Position numbers and translations under genes: made by a program
The notes under the pieces: model-generated
The model's database searches: none
What the model saw: the letters and a program-made list of their open reading frames with translations, nothing else
What the model was told of the DNA's origin: nothing
Origin: Candidatus Ozemobacteraceae bacterium
GTDB taxonomy: Bacteria > Muiribacteriota > Ozemobacteria > Ozemobacterales > Ozemobacteraceae
Length of the DNA stretch: 64,000 bases
NCBI GenBank assembly: GCA_965140445.1
Contig: OZ223236.1
Location: 2,912,001 to 2,976,000 of the forward strand
Reading direction: 5' to 3'
Shown here: piece by piece, positions 9,204-19,175 of the stretch
How positions within the stretch are numbered: the stretch's first letter is position 1
Layout of the letters: each line of letters begins with the position of its first letter

Positions 9204-10887
9204 TGCCAGCCTCCATTGATTTTTTTAACAGATTTCTTGCAAACGCAAGTCCCTTGTCGTCTGTCTGGCCAAGCATTCTGGCTATTTCTTCAACCCGGTA
9301 AAGGTCAGCAACTTTTTGAATAGACACACTTGTTTTCAAATTGTCCACATTCTTGGTAACCGTGAAATGCGTATCACCTTCTTTGGCTATCTGGTGAAGG
9401 TGAGTTACGAGAAGAACCTGTTTTTCCTTTCCAAGGCTTCTAAGACTGGAAGCTACGGCTTCAGCAGTTTTTCCACCGATTCCAGTGTCTATTTCATCAA
9501 ACAAAAGGGTGGGAAGATCATCACATCTTGCTAAAACTTTTTTTAAAGCAAGTGCAACCCTTGAAAGCTCACCACCTGAAGCTATTTTTCTTAATGGACC
9601 ACCGGGTGAACCTGGGTTAAGGGAAACGAAGAATTCAATGTTCTCTGCCCCAAACTGGTTTGGCGATATTGAATCCAGAATAATCTGAAATTTTGAGGCA
9701 TTGAAACCCAAATCTGCCATTTCAGCAGAAACCTTGCTTTCAAGCTCTGCAGCTAGCTTGGCCCTGGATTGAGATAGTTTTTTCAGAGAATCATCAAATT
9801 TGCTTTTGGCTTCTTTTAAAGCTTTTGCAATTTTTTCCTTAGAACTATCTGGTTCATAAAGTTCTTCTAATTCAGCATTAACATCTTTGTTAAGCTGGAA
9901 AAGCCCTTTAAAGTCAGTGTTATACTTTCTACAGGCTCTGGAAATGTCAGTTAACCTGCTTTGAACTTCATAAATTTTATCAGGATTAAGATCGAATTCT
10001 TCAGAAAGGGCTGTTACTTCAGATTCCAGATCATTTAACTCGTAATAAAGCTCATTAAGTCTTTCAAATGGTCTTTCAAGGCGTGGATCAAAATTGGAAA
10101 TTTTTCTTAAAAAATCTACGGATTTGAAAACCATGCTTGATGCGCCTGGAATTTCTCCATCGCCAGTTAAAGCTGAAACTGCTCCTTGAAGAGAGTTTAT
10201 AATTTGTTCGGAATGGCTAAGTCTTTTTAACTCGCTTTTTAAGGATTCTTCTTCTTCCTCGTCTACCAGACTAAGGGAGGCAAGATTTTGAGAAATCTCC
10301 TGAAGTTCCTGAATCCTTTGCGCAGAATTCTGATGGGATTGTTCCATCTCTTCGTATCTTTTCTGAATGGCTCTTACTTCTTTATATTGGGCAGCAACCA
10401 TATCTAATAACTGATTGTGCTTTTCACCACCGGTTCTGTCCAGAAACTTGCGTTGAGTATCTGGATTTAAAAAGGTTTGGTGTTCGTTTTGGCCATGAAT
10501 TTCCATAAGATTAGGGCCAAGTTGCTTTAAGAAGGCTGCTGTGGTCAAGATCCCGTTTACAAGAACTTTGCCGCTACCTTCTTCTTTAAAGGTTCTTGAG
10601 ATTAGAAGTGTGTCTGGGTCATCCTCATTTAAAAAGCCATTTTCCTCTAAAATAGCAATTAAGCCACTTTGTCCGGTAATCTTAAATTGAGCTTGAATCT
10701 TGGCGGTTGAATATCCGGGCAAAACCATTCCAGCTCTGGCTTTTTTACCCAGAAGAAGCTTTACTGCTTCAAGAAGAACGCTTTTTCCTGCGCCAGTTTC
10801 ACCAGTAATTACGTTTAAACCTTTTGAAAAAACAAGGTCTGATTTGCGCATAAAAAGGAAGTTTTCAAGGTATAGTTCACTAATCAT
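9196..10887 (-). CDS. recN: DNA repair protein RecN
   Basis: TGETGAGKS, IHGQNEHQ, ASGGELSR, FDEIDTGIGG, VTHLHQIA. Confidence 0.95.
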   Translation of the reverse strand: MISELYLENFLFMRKSDLVFSKGLNVITGETGAGKSVLLEAVKLLLGKKARAGMVLPGYSTAKIQAQFKITGQSGLIAILEENGFLNEDDPDTLLISRTFKEEGSGKVLVNGILTTAAFLKQLGPNLMEIHGQNEHQTFLNPDTQRKFLDRTGGEKHNQLLDMVAAQYKEVRAIQKRYEEMEQSHQNSAQRIQELQEISQNLASLSLVDEEEEESLKSELKRLSHSEQIINSLQGAVSALTGDGEIPGASSMVFKSVDFLRKISNFDPRLERPFERLNELYYELNDLESEVTALSEEFDLNPDKIYEVQSRLTDISRACRKYNTDFKGLFQLNKDVNAELEELYEPDSSKEKIAKALKEAKSKFDDSLKKLSQSRAKLAAELESKVSAEMADLGFNASKFQIILDSISPNQFGAENIEFFVSLNPGSPGGPLRKIASGGELSRVALALKKVLARCDDLPTLLFDEIDTGIGGKTAEAVASSLRSLGKEKQVLLVTHLHQIAKEGDTHFTVTKNVDNLKTSVSIQKVADLYRVEEIARMLGQTDDKGLAFARNLLKKSMEAGNE

Positions 10888-12292
10888 ATTGTACCCCGGA
10901 TGCTTTGGAGGAGTTTGGAATTTCTAATCGTTTGCAGTATTCAGGATGACAAGGACTCCAGAATAATTTTTTAAATTTGACTGGTTTGGTATTGGCGGGC
11001 ACATTTTTTCTGAGGCCCAATTTAGACGAAATATCATTCAATACAGACCGAATGCTGTTTTTTTTTCTACGGGAACGTGAATCTTCCAGTGCCTTTAACT
11101 GGGTTGGATTTATCATAGTTTGCACCACTGGTGGATATTTAAGCCCATTATCTTTAAATGATTCAATGGGTTTTCTACTGGCAATAACCTGTCTAACCTG
11201 TTTGACTTTTCTTTCAGGCTTCTTGGGAACAGCGTATCGTAGAGTAACTAGGCGTGTTCCAGGGTAGTAGAACCCTAAAATCTGTCGGGAAGAATACCCA
11301 ATGGTTCCCATGCCAATAACGCCATCCTGGCACATTCCGACCCTATGGCCGAAATTACTGAAAAATTTCTTTTTGGTATTTAACGGGAGTGAACGCACCA
11401 CAATCATTTTTCGAGCTTTCTGCAATTTCTTTGGGGTTTTGTTTTTCTTAACCAATTTTCCAATTTTGCAGAATAATTCTTCTCCCTTTATCCCATCCAC
11501 ATGGGAAACCAGATATGGCACAGGTTTGCCGCCCCACGCACAACTACTGCTTTTTAGTATTCCGCCGCAGTTGGAATGGTAAACGGTGTTTGCAGGAGAA
11601 CCGTCATAGGTTAGAACCTGGCCTTGTGTATTCATAACAGCTTTTGAAGCTTTGGAGATTTCCTTTACCATTCCCTTATAGGCTTGGCAATGAACTTTAT
11701 CACAAAGGTGGAATCCCTTTTTTACATGTCTTTCAATATTTCTGACCGCATATGTTCTGGCGGCAATGGCTTGGGCTTCAAGTGCTGAAACCGGGGCACG
11801 GTTGAAAATTTCACAGGGTACAACAGACTTTAAATAGTCCTCAATATCAACAATGTTAATTGCAAACAGCCTGCTTCCTTCTGGTCTAATGGAAATGGAG
11901 CCTCTGTAAGCTTTTGATTTTGAGTTTATTGTAGCTAGCTTGAGATGATTGGGAGCTCTGCCCAGAGGAGAAAAAATTACTTCGTCCTTGAAATAGTAAA
12001 AATTCTTTTTACTATCAATTATTATCTTTAATTTACCCTTTTTTTCGGCAATTACCCTGATTTCACTGCCTTTTCCCGAGTAAATGGCTGAGTTTTTGGC
12101 TTTATCAAATATTTCAATAAAACCAGAAAGGGAAAAGATTTTAAAGACTCTGGGATTTCCCATGGTGGCAAGGCCAATACGTAATGACCTATCAATATTA
12201 AGGTAAGTGCTGTTCTTAGCTTCTACAAAGGGTGCACAAAGTAATATTGAAATAACATAAATAAGTATGAATACGGGAAGTTTTCTGAGCAT
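10880..12292 (-). CDS. SpoIID/LytB domain lytic transglycosylase with signal peptide
   Basis: EDYLKSVVPCE, ALEAQAIAARTYA, LCDKVHCQAY, YHSNCGG, GHRVGMCQ, ILGFYYPG. Confidence 0.9.
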   Translation of the reverse strand: MLRKLPVFILIYVISILLCAPFVEAKNSTYLNIDRSLRIGLATMGNPRVFKIFSLSGFIEIFDKAKNSAIYSGKGSEIRVIAEKKGKLKIIIDSKKNFYYFKDEVIFSPLGRAPNHLKLATINSKSKAYRGSISIRPEGSRLFAINIVDIEDYLKSVVPCEIFNRAPVSALEAQAIAARTYAVRNIERHVKKGFHLCDKVHCQAYKGMVKEISKASKAVMNTQGQVLTYDGSPANTVYHSNCGGILKSSSCAWGGKPVPYLVSHVDGIKGEELFCKIGKLVKKNKTPKKLQKARKMIVVRSLPLNTKKKFFSNFGHRVGMCQDGVIGMGTIGYSSRQILGFYYPGTRLVTLRYAVPKKPERKVKQVRQVIASRKPIESFKDNGLKYPPVVQTMINPTQLKALEDSRSRRKKNSIRSVLNDISSKLGLRKNVPANTKPVKFKKLFWSPCHPEYCKRLEIPNSSKASGVQYD

Positions 12293-12298
12293 GAGCGG

Positions 12299-12327
12299 AT
12301 TTTAGCTTAGAATCTTCTTGAGGTCAA
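12299..12327 (-). promoter_or_regulatory. sigma70 promoter, probably leaderless, for the spoIID-recN-hup unit
   Basis: Minus strand TTGACC-17 nt-TAAAAT-6 nt-ATG. Confidence 0.65.
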
Positions 12328-12342
12328 GGCCTGTTAGGAGTT

Positions 12343-13614
12343 TTAGGGTATTTTTCTTGTGGCGGTGTATCCTAAAGAGTTTACTGACTCCAGGATATCT
12401 GAAATATCCGGATTTTTGCCATGGATGCGAGCAAGTTTTTCGGCCAGATTTATCTCCGCAAAGTCTACTCCATCAACTTCTTCTATTGCTGATTTAACTG
12501 CATTAGCACAGTTGCCACAAGTCATTCCTTCAACATTAATCTCAAAAACAGGAACCTCAGACTGGGCATTGTTAGAAGCACAGGAAGAACAGCAAGAGTC
12601 GGAACTGGTTTTCCCAAAAATTGAATAAAGAACAACCAAAATCATAAGAACCGCGGAAAAGTGCTCCAGAAAACCAAGTGCATGATGTGCATGCATGTGG
12701 CTGGAATAGCCTGCAGCAGTAGCAGAAGTGTATATGGCATCAAAGGCATAACCGCTTGATAGTGCTCCAACAACTACTGTCATGATATACAACAGCGCGG
12801 ATTTTTTACCCAGGATTTTCCAGACAACTGAAATTGCGGCCGCATTTGTGGCAGGGCCGGAAACAAGAAAAACCAGCGCCGCTCCCGGGCTGAAACCCAT
12901 TTTCATAAAACCGAGTGCAATGGGAATGGATGCGGTAGAACAAACATACAATGGAACTCCCACCAGAAGCATTATCAGCATTGAAAGATTGTAGTTTCCG
13001 ATATAGCTGGCAAAAAAGTCTGCTTTAAAGAAAGTTGCAATAAACGCAGCTATTAGTATTCCTATTAGAAGAGCTTTGGTGATCTCGGAAGGTAAGGTTA
13101 TAAAACCATATTTAAGAGCTTTTATAAACTTATCAGCGAATGAATCGTTATTTTGTGGCGCGGTTTCAGTGTTGTTTGAGGGTGGTATTTTTTGCTCAAA
13201 ATCTTCATCAAATATGGAAACGAAAGTTCCACCGACTAGTCCTGTTAAAAGAGCTGCAAGTGGTCTGAAAATCGCAAAAATAGGACCTAGAAGTCCGTAG
13301 GTTGCAAAGATTGAATCTACACCAGTTTGGGGTGTTGAAAGAAGGAAAGCTGTTGTAGCTCCTTTGCTTGCTCCATGCTTTCTTAAAGATGCGGCTACAG
13401 GTATAACACCACATGAACAGAGGGGAAGGGGAATTCCAAGAATGGTTGATTTAAGGATGGCCAGGAAACGATTGGAGCCCAGATGTTTCTCAACCCATTT
13501 TGGGGAAGTAAAAATTGACAGAATTCCTGACAGGAAAAATCCGAGAAGAAGATATGGAGACATCTGTCCCAGGACTTCCCAGAAATTTAGCAGAAGAGTT
13601 TTAATAAATTCCAT
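12343..13614 (-). CDS. DUF318/SO_0444-family heavy-metal permease with C-terminal HMA domain
   Basis: PLPLCSCGVIP, PLYVCSTASIP, His-rich HMHAHH, GMTCGNC. Confidence 0.88.
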   Translation of the reverse strand: MEFIKTLLLNFWEVLGQMSPYLLLGFFLSGILSIFTSPKWVEKHLGSNRFLAILKSTILGIPLPLCSCGVIPVAASLRKHGASKGATTAFLLSTPQTGVDSIFATYGLLGPIFAIFRPLAALLTGLVGGTFVSIFDEDFEQKIPPSNNTETAPQNNDSFADKFIKALKYGFITLPSEITKALLIGILIAAFIATFFKADFFASYIGNYNLSMLIMLLVGVPLYVCSTASIPIALGFMKMGFSPGAALVFLVSGPATNAAAISVVWKILGKKSALLYIMTVVVGALSSGYAFDAIYTSATAAGYSSHMHAHHALGFLEHFSAVLMILVVLYSIFGKTSSDSCCSSCASNNAQSEVPVFEINVEGMTCGNCANAVKSAIEEVDGVDFAEINLAEKLARIHGKNPDISDILESVNSLGYTATRKIP

Positions 13615-13648
13615 GATGATTCCGTTAAAATTAATTATATTATAAGTT

Positions 13649-13667
13649 TATTTAAATACTTGAAATA
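13649..13667. promoter_or_regulatory. Possible ArsR/SmtB-type operator
   Basis: Imperfect inverted repeat TATTTAAATACTTGAAATA just upstream of the metal permease; AT-rich, so weak. Confidence 0.3.
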
Positions 13668-13673
13668 TGCAAT

Positions 13674-14813
13674 TTAAGTGGTCTTAATAGGCTCCACTTC
13701 TTTTTCCAGTTGGCCCAGGAGACAAATTACAGAATCGGTTTCATTTTTTTCATTTCTTACCGGAATAAGGCTAAGGTTTAGCTCATAAGCATAATTTTCT
13801 CCGATAATATCCATTGCTTCACCGTGAATCCAGTTTTTGGAAATAATTGCTTTTTGTATTTTTTCTTTTAATTCTTTTGGAAGTGGGGAAAGCTCCATGG
13901 GAATTTCATAGATGTCATCCCAAACAAATCGAAATAGCTCCAGGAATTCATCATTGGCAAAAGCAATTTGTTTTTCTGAATTAATAAGCATTACGGGAAC
14001 AGAAAGGTTATTTGCTAAACTGGCAAAGCGTCGTTTTTCAAGACCAATTTTTTCCATTTTTAACTGGTCTCTGGTTTCAATGTGAGCGGCCATTGCTGAA
14101 AGCGATGTTATTAATTGACCGACTTCGTCGTTGGTGAAACTTCGAGCTGAAATTGAATAATTTCCATTTTGAATTGATCGGATAAGATCTTTAATTCTTC
14201 TCATAGGAAGGGCAATTTGATGGGAGAAAAACATTAAAAGAAATACGGTGGCAACTATAGTTACGATAGTTACAATTGCCATTCTGCTTTGAAACTTCTG
14301 ATTTATTTCTGAAACTCTATTGCGTTTAAGATTCAAGATTCTCATTTCTCTTGATCTAAAGTCCATTAGAGAGCCGCGAAATTCTTGCAGAAGTGAAGAA
14401 ACTTTAATAAAATCCGGACTAATCAGGACTTTGTTTTTCTCCAGAATTTTCATTTCGGCTCCAACCGTTTTTAATGCACTTAAAATGCTGGTGCTGGAAG
14501 CTTGAAAGTTTTCAAAATCAGCAGAGTGTTGATTTAATAACCTTTGCAGAGCATTTAATTTTACAAAAGCCTTGCCGAATCGATTTTCTTCATCAATCTG
14601 GCAGCCTTTTAAAAATTCAGTTCTGAGCTCATGCAAAGAATTAGAAGCTTCTTCTGTGATTTTCAGCAGATTTGTGTCGTTTTTAAAATCAACCTGAATC
14701 TCGTTATCAAGAAAATGCAAATGATAAACCGAGAAAAAACCGAAAAAGAAAACTATGGCAACAGATAGGCCTGTTCCAAGTCTGAATCTTGTGTCCATTG
14801 AGAGGCGAATCAT
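13674..14813 (-). CDS. Membrane sensor (2 TM, HAMP, PAS) with no kinase or output domain
   Basis: Two TM segments, HAMP (PMRRI...DEVGQL), PAS (VPVMLINSEKQIAFAN); stops right after PAS. Confidence 0.75.
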   Translation of the reverse strand: MIRLSMDTRFRLGTGLSVAIVFFFGFFSVYHLHFLDNEIQVDFKNDTNLLKITEEASNSLHELRTEFLKGCQIDEENRFGKAFVKLNALQRLLNQHSADFENFQASSTSILSALKTVGAEMKILEKNKVLISPDFIKVSSLLQEFRGSLMDFRSREMRILNLKRNRVSEINQKFQSRMAIVTIVTIVATVFLLMFFSHQIALPMRRIKDLIRSIQNGNYSISARSFTNDEVGQLITSLSAMAAHIETRDQLKMEKIGLEKRRFASLANNLSVPVMLINSEKQIAFANDEFLELFRFVWDDIYEIPMELSPLPKELKEKIQKAIISKNWIHGEAMDIIGENYAYELNLSLIPVRNEKNETDSVICLLGQLEKEVEPIKTT

Positions 14814-15514
14814 TTAGAATTCTCCTTTTGAACCTGGTCTGAAAGGGTTTTAATGTTTTCATCCTTTCCTACAACAACGAGGATGTCGTCAGGGGTGATT
14901 TTCTCATCGGGGGAGGGCAGATCGTTCAGATGAACTCTTACAATGTTTTCACCTTTTTCATTAATTGCCGGCAGGCGGCTTTTAATTGCAATGATGTTTA
15001 CTCCAAACTTCGCTCTTATGTTAAGTTCCTTCAGGGTTTTTCCATAAAAAATTCCAGGTGGTTCAAGTTCAACAAGCGAGTGGCCCGAGCTGAGAGTAAT
15101 GTTTTCAAGTATATGAGGTGCTATAAGCTTTCCTGCGATTTGAGCGCCCATTTGTTCTTCAAGAGAAAAAACCTCATTTGCTCCAACTTCAGTGAGAATT
15201 TGTCCCTGCATTTTAGAAAGGGCTCTGGAAAGAATTCTATGAACTCCAAGCCTTTTTAAGATAGCAGTGGCAATAATTGTAGTTTCAATCTTATCACCAA
15301 TTGCTACTATCGCTACATCCACGTCTTGAATACCTATTGAACGCATGGTTAGTTCATCAGTACAGTCTGCAATTATTGCCTGGCTTACATGATCTTTAAT
15401 ATTTTCAACGGCGTTGGCGTCTGAATCAATGGCAATTACCTCACCACCTCTTGCGAACAATGAGGTTGCAAGCTTTTTCCCAAACCTGCCAAGACCAATT
15501 ACTGCATATTGCAT
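14810..15514 (-). CDS. ktrA: TrkA/KtrA K+ uptake regulatory (RCK) subunit
   Basis: VIGLGRFG Rossmann motif; RCK-C GKTLKELNIRAKFGVNIIAI. Confidence 0.9.
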   Translation of the reverse strand: MQYAVIGLGRFGKKLATSLFARGGEVIAIDSDANAVENIKDHVSQAIIADCTDELTMRSIGIQDVDVAIVAIGDKIETTIIATAILKRLGVHRILSRALSKMQGQILTEVGANEVFSLEEQMGAQIAGKLIAPHILENITLSSGHSLVELEPPGIFYGKTLKELNIRAKFGVNIIAIKSRLPAINEKGENIVRVHLNDLPSPDEKITPDDILVVVGKDENIKTLSDQVQKENSK

Positions 15515-15526
15515 AGAGTCCTCCTG

Positions 15527-17239
15527 CTATCCTACAAGCAATTTGGTTTCAGGATAGCTGAATTTACCAGTATTGCTTTGGGTTCTAATCGAAAGGGCCA
15601 TGGTTAGAGGGCCGATACGGCCAATGAACATAAGAGTTATAATTAAGATTTTGCTGGCAGAACACAAACTACCAGTTATCCCGGTTGAAAGTCCTACCGT
15701 TGCAAAAGCTGAGAATGCTTCAAAAAGAAGATTAATTACAGGCTTGTCTTCAAGAAGTATTAACAGGAAGGAATAAATAAAAACAAGCCCTGCTGAAATA
15801 GCGGTAACTAAAAATGCTTTCAATACTGTATCGTAGGTAATTGTTCGACCTCTGTAAGTTACCTGGCTTTTTCCTCGCATTGTTGCATCCAGAAAAAGTA
15901 AAATGGTCGCCAGTGTTGTCGTTTTAACACCTCCGCCGGTTGAACCAGGGGAAGCTCCTATGAACATGAGAAGGCACATAAAAAACAATGTGCTGGTGCC
16001 TAACTTGGCAAAATCCACTGTGTTAAATCCAGCAGTTCTGGTTGTAACAGATTGAAACAGTGAAACAAGAATCTTTTGATTGAAAGAAAAATTACTCATT
16101 TCTGGAGATTTAAACTCAAGAGCAAAGATTACAATGGTTCCGAGAATTATCAAAAAGATTGTGGTTAAAACTACCATGTGAACGTGACATGAGAGCTTCC
16201 GTTGACTATAACCTGTGAAAAAACCGTTTAGTGCGCTGATTACGGTAAAGCCTATCCCTCCAGAGATAATTAAGCCTATTATAGTGAGGTTCACTACCGG
16301 ATCGACTGATAGACTGACAAAGCTGTCAGAGAAAACAGAGAATCCCGCATTACAAAACGCTGAAATAGAATGGAAAAAGCCTAAGAATAAGGATCTGAAA
16401 ACACTTACTTTCAGCAAAACGTAAAAACGGGCGCTTAAAATTATGGAGCCGGTTAACTCAATAGCAAAAGTCCAGAAAAAGATGTCTTTAAGAGTCTGTT
16501 TTAAACTTATAAAGTCAGATTGATCTAAAACGTTCTGCATTACATTACTTTGCGAAAGGGCCATTTTTCGGCCAACCAGCATGGAAACTCCTGCTGACAT
16601 GGTCATGATACCGAGGCCGCCGATCTGAATTAGAATCAGAATTACAATTTGTCCAAAAAAAGAGAAATAAGTTCCGGTATCTTCAACAATTAGCCCGGTT
16701 ACGCATACTGCAGATGTAGATGTGAAAATAGCGGTTAGCAAAGATGGCTGATGGCCAGGTGCTATTGAAACAGGCAAAACCAGAATGAATGCTCCGATAA
16801 GGCTTATTCCGATGAAGCTGAAAGCAAATAGTCGGGCAGGTTTCCTCGATATTGAACTGGCAAGATTTCGAAATGAATGAGAATTGTAATAACGATCAAA
16901 ATAATGAACAAATTGTCTTAATAAAAGAATATGGGCGGGATGTACCCCTCCGAAAGACATTGATAAAAGAGGGATGAAAAAAATCAAATCCAGATAGTGT
17001 TTTCCCAAATACGAAAGGATTGAGCTTGATAAAAATATTCCGGTAACAAGATAGGCAAAATAAATTCCAAAAATTGGAACAATAGCTGCTTCCTTAGTTG
17101 CAAGATAAAGCTGATCCGATCCAAGACTTGGGTCCAAAGCCATCAGCAAGAGCCCAAAAAAGGCTCCTGCATTCATTATCTTTCTGCAAGCTTTATAAAA
17201 GCTTTCTAGAAATGATGTTTTTTCTTCTACTTCTTTCAT
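15527..17239 (-). CDS. ktrB: TrkH/KtrB K+ uptake membrane subunit with N-terminal TM extension
   Basis: SAVCVTGL, SAFCNAGF, RTAGFN, SPGSTGGGVKTT, SAFATVGLS, MFIGRIGPLT. Confidence 0.9.
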   Translation of the reverse strand: MKEVEEKTSFLESFYKACRKIMNAGAFFGLLLMALDPSLGSDQLYLATKEAAIVPIFGIYFAYLVTGIFLSSSILSYLGKHYLDLIFFIPLLSMSFGGVHPAHILLLRQFVHYFDRYYNSHSFRNLASSISRKPARLFAFSFIGISLIGAFILVLPVSIAPGHQPSLLTAIFTSTSAVCVTGLIVEDTGTYFSFFGQIVILILIQIGGLGIMTMSAGVSMLVGRKMALSQSNVMQNVLDQSDFISLKQTLKDIFFWTFAIELTGSIILSARFYVLLKVSVFRSLFLGFFHSISAFCNAGFSVFSDSFVSLSVDPVVNLTIIGLIISGGIGFTVISALNGFFTGYSQRKLSCHVHMVVLTTIFLIILGTIVIFALEFKSPEMSNFSFNQKILVSLFQSVTTRTAGFNTVDFAKLGTSTLFFMCLLMFIGASPGSTGGGVKTTTLATILLFLDATMRGKSQVTYRGRTITYDTVLKAFLVTAISAGLVFIYSFLLILLEDKPVINLLFEAFSAFATVGLSTGITGSLCSASKILIITLMFIGRIGPLTMALSIRTQSNTGKFSYPETKLLVG

Positions 17240-17245
17240 CTACTT

Positions 17246-18493
17246 TTATTTGCTTAAACTTGTTATCTGATTCAAAAGATTAGTAACTTCTGTGGCTTCT
17301 GGATTTTTTAAAAGGAGATTATTACACAATTTTCTGGCATTAGGGAAGTCACCATACTGGAAATATGATTTAGCTAAAGCCATCCCGTTTTCATAAGATT
17401 TATCCGTAGAATAGAGTTCCTCCAGCTTTTTTAACCCTTTCTGTCCTTCACCAAGATAATACACCGATTTGAAATATTTCAAATTTGCGTCCAGACTTGC
17501 GGGGTTATTATCAATGGCTTTTTCAAAAAAAGTTTTGGCTCGGGCATAACTTCGGTTATCTAATTCAATAGAGCCAGCAAGAAGGTTGGCTTCAAACAAC
17601 TCTGGATTTTTCTTTAACAAAGCTTCGAGCTTTTTGAGTGCTTGATCCTGTTTCCCGTTTGAAACCAAAGACTTAGCCTCTTCTATAGCATCAGAAGAGA
17701 CTTTGCTAATTACTGGCTTTTGAACCAAAGGAATCTTTATGGATTTTCCAATAGGTTTGGAGTCCGGGATTCCAATTTTGGTTGGCGTTTTGCCAATCAG
17801 TTTATTTTTTTTTTCACCCTTATTGAGGGTTTCAATAAGAGTGTTTACTTTGTTATGAAAAGCTTGTGCGCTTGGCGATGTGTTTGGTGCCGGGGCAATC
17901 CCAAGGGATTTTTTTAGAAGTCCAATTTTGGCTTTAACATGTTTATCATCAATTGTAAGAGCCTTTTGATAGAACCTTTCTGCTAATCCTAATGCGGTTC
18001 CAGCTGGACCAGCAGGAACTTCTGCTATTTTTGCAGTTTTCATGGCTTCATCTGAATAGTTAGCTGTGAAAGTAATTGTGATATCAGTTATTCCAGATTT
18101 GTCTTTTTCAAAGCTGTCGATTTTGGCTTTGATTGATGTTTCACCTAATCTGGTTTCACCAATTTCTTGACCGGGCTTTATACTATTTGGAGATAGAGCT
18201 TTAGGAGCAAGAGTTGCTTTTTGGAGTTCTTTTCCACCTTTTAATGCAGAAAATTCAAAGGCTATTTCTTTAATATTGGCATTGTCGCCTTTTGCTTCCC
18301 ATTTCTCGATAAACTTAACCTGCAGTTTTGCAAGTTTTCCTGAGAAGGGGATACTTTCGGCAAATTCAGCTGTGGAGGGATGTGGATCATAGCTGAAAAG
18401 TCTTGAAAGAGTCTGGTCCGCAAAAGCAGCAACGCTTGCTGAAGCAAACATCGCAATGGTTATCGTTGTAAGCAATTTTTTTCTTATTTTCAT
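17246..18493 (-). CDS. Secreted protein with C-terminal TPRs
   Basis: Start at ATG 18493 (GGAGG RBS); signal peptide ending AFA; C-terminal TPR helices. Confidence 0.7.
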   Translation of the reverse strand: MKIRKKLLTTITIAMFASASVAAFADQTLSRLFSYDPHPSTAEFAESIPFSGKLAKLQVKFIEKWEAKGDNANIKEIAFEFSALKGGKELQKATLAPKALSPNSIKPGQEIGETRLGETSIKAKIDSFEKDKSGITDITITFTANYSDEAMKTAKIAEVPAGPAGTALGLAERFYQKALTIDDKHVKAKIGLLKKSLGIAPAPNTSPSAQAFHNKVNTLIETLNKGEKKNKLIGKTPTKIGIPDSKPIGKSIKIPLVQKPVISKVSSDAIEEAKSLVSNGKQDQALKKLEALLKKNPELFEANLLAGSIELDNRSYARAKTFFEKAIDNNPASLDANLKYFKSVYYLGEGQKGLKKLEELYSTDKSYENGMALAKSYFQYGDFPNARKLCNNLLLKNPEATEVTNLLNQITSLSK

Positions 18494-18569
18494 AATATAC
18501 CCTCCGTTGAAGGACAAAAATTTTTGTAAGAATACCAGATTGTGGCTATTTTACAAGCGCTAAATGGGG

Positions 18570-19175
18570 TTACTTTTTCTTAAAGTTTTGAGCGACAAGG
18601 AACAACTCTCTACTTCGGTTAAGTGAAGCTTTTGGATTAAAAGATTTTGCAAAACCAAAAAGACTTTTTGTTCTTTGCAGAAGTTCTTTATATTCAGCAC
18701 CCTCAAAAACCTTGGCTACAAACGATCCATTGGGTTTTAAAAGTTTCTCTGCCATATCAAGGGCAAGGTGAACCAATTGTGCTGAATTTTCTGTGTCAGC
18801 ATAATGAACGCCCGTGGTATCAGGAGCCATATCGCTCAGGATTACATCAAGACCATTACCAGACTTGCTAATAATCAATTCCTGGTTCTCAGGAGATCTA
18901 ATGTCGCCTTCTATTATGAATACACCCTCAATTTCATCAATGGGGAGCAAGTCGATAGCGATAACCTTGCCTCTTCCTTTTAAAGCTCTTACGGCGTATT
19001 GACTCCAGCTTCCAGGCGCTGCACCAAGATCAAGAATTGAATGACCAGGTTTAAGTATTTTATACTTCTGGTCAATCTCTTCAAGCTTGTATGCCGCTCT
19101 GGATCTAAAGGCTTCTTGTCTTGATTTTTTCAGAAAATGATCATTTAATCTATTTTTAAACCAGGCTTTAGCCAT
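18570..19175 (-). CDS. rlmE: 23S rRNA Um2552 methyltransferase RlmE
   Basis: RSRAAYKL, DLGAAPGSW, VILSDMAP, FVAKVF. Confidence 0.95.
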   Translation of the reverse strand: MAKAWFKNRLNDHFLKKSRQEAFRSRAAYKLEEIDQKYKILKPGHSILDLGAAPGSWSQYAVRALKGRGKVIAIDLLPIDEIEGVFIIEGDIRSPENQELIISKSGNGLDVILSDMAPDTTGVHYADTENSAQLVHLALDMAEKLLKPNGSFVAKVFEGAEYKELLQRTKSLFGFAKSFNPKASLNRSRELFLVAQNFKKK

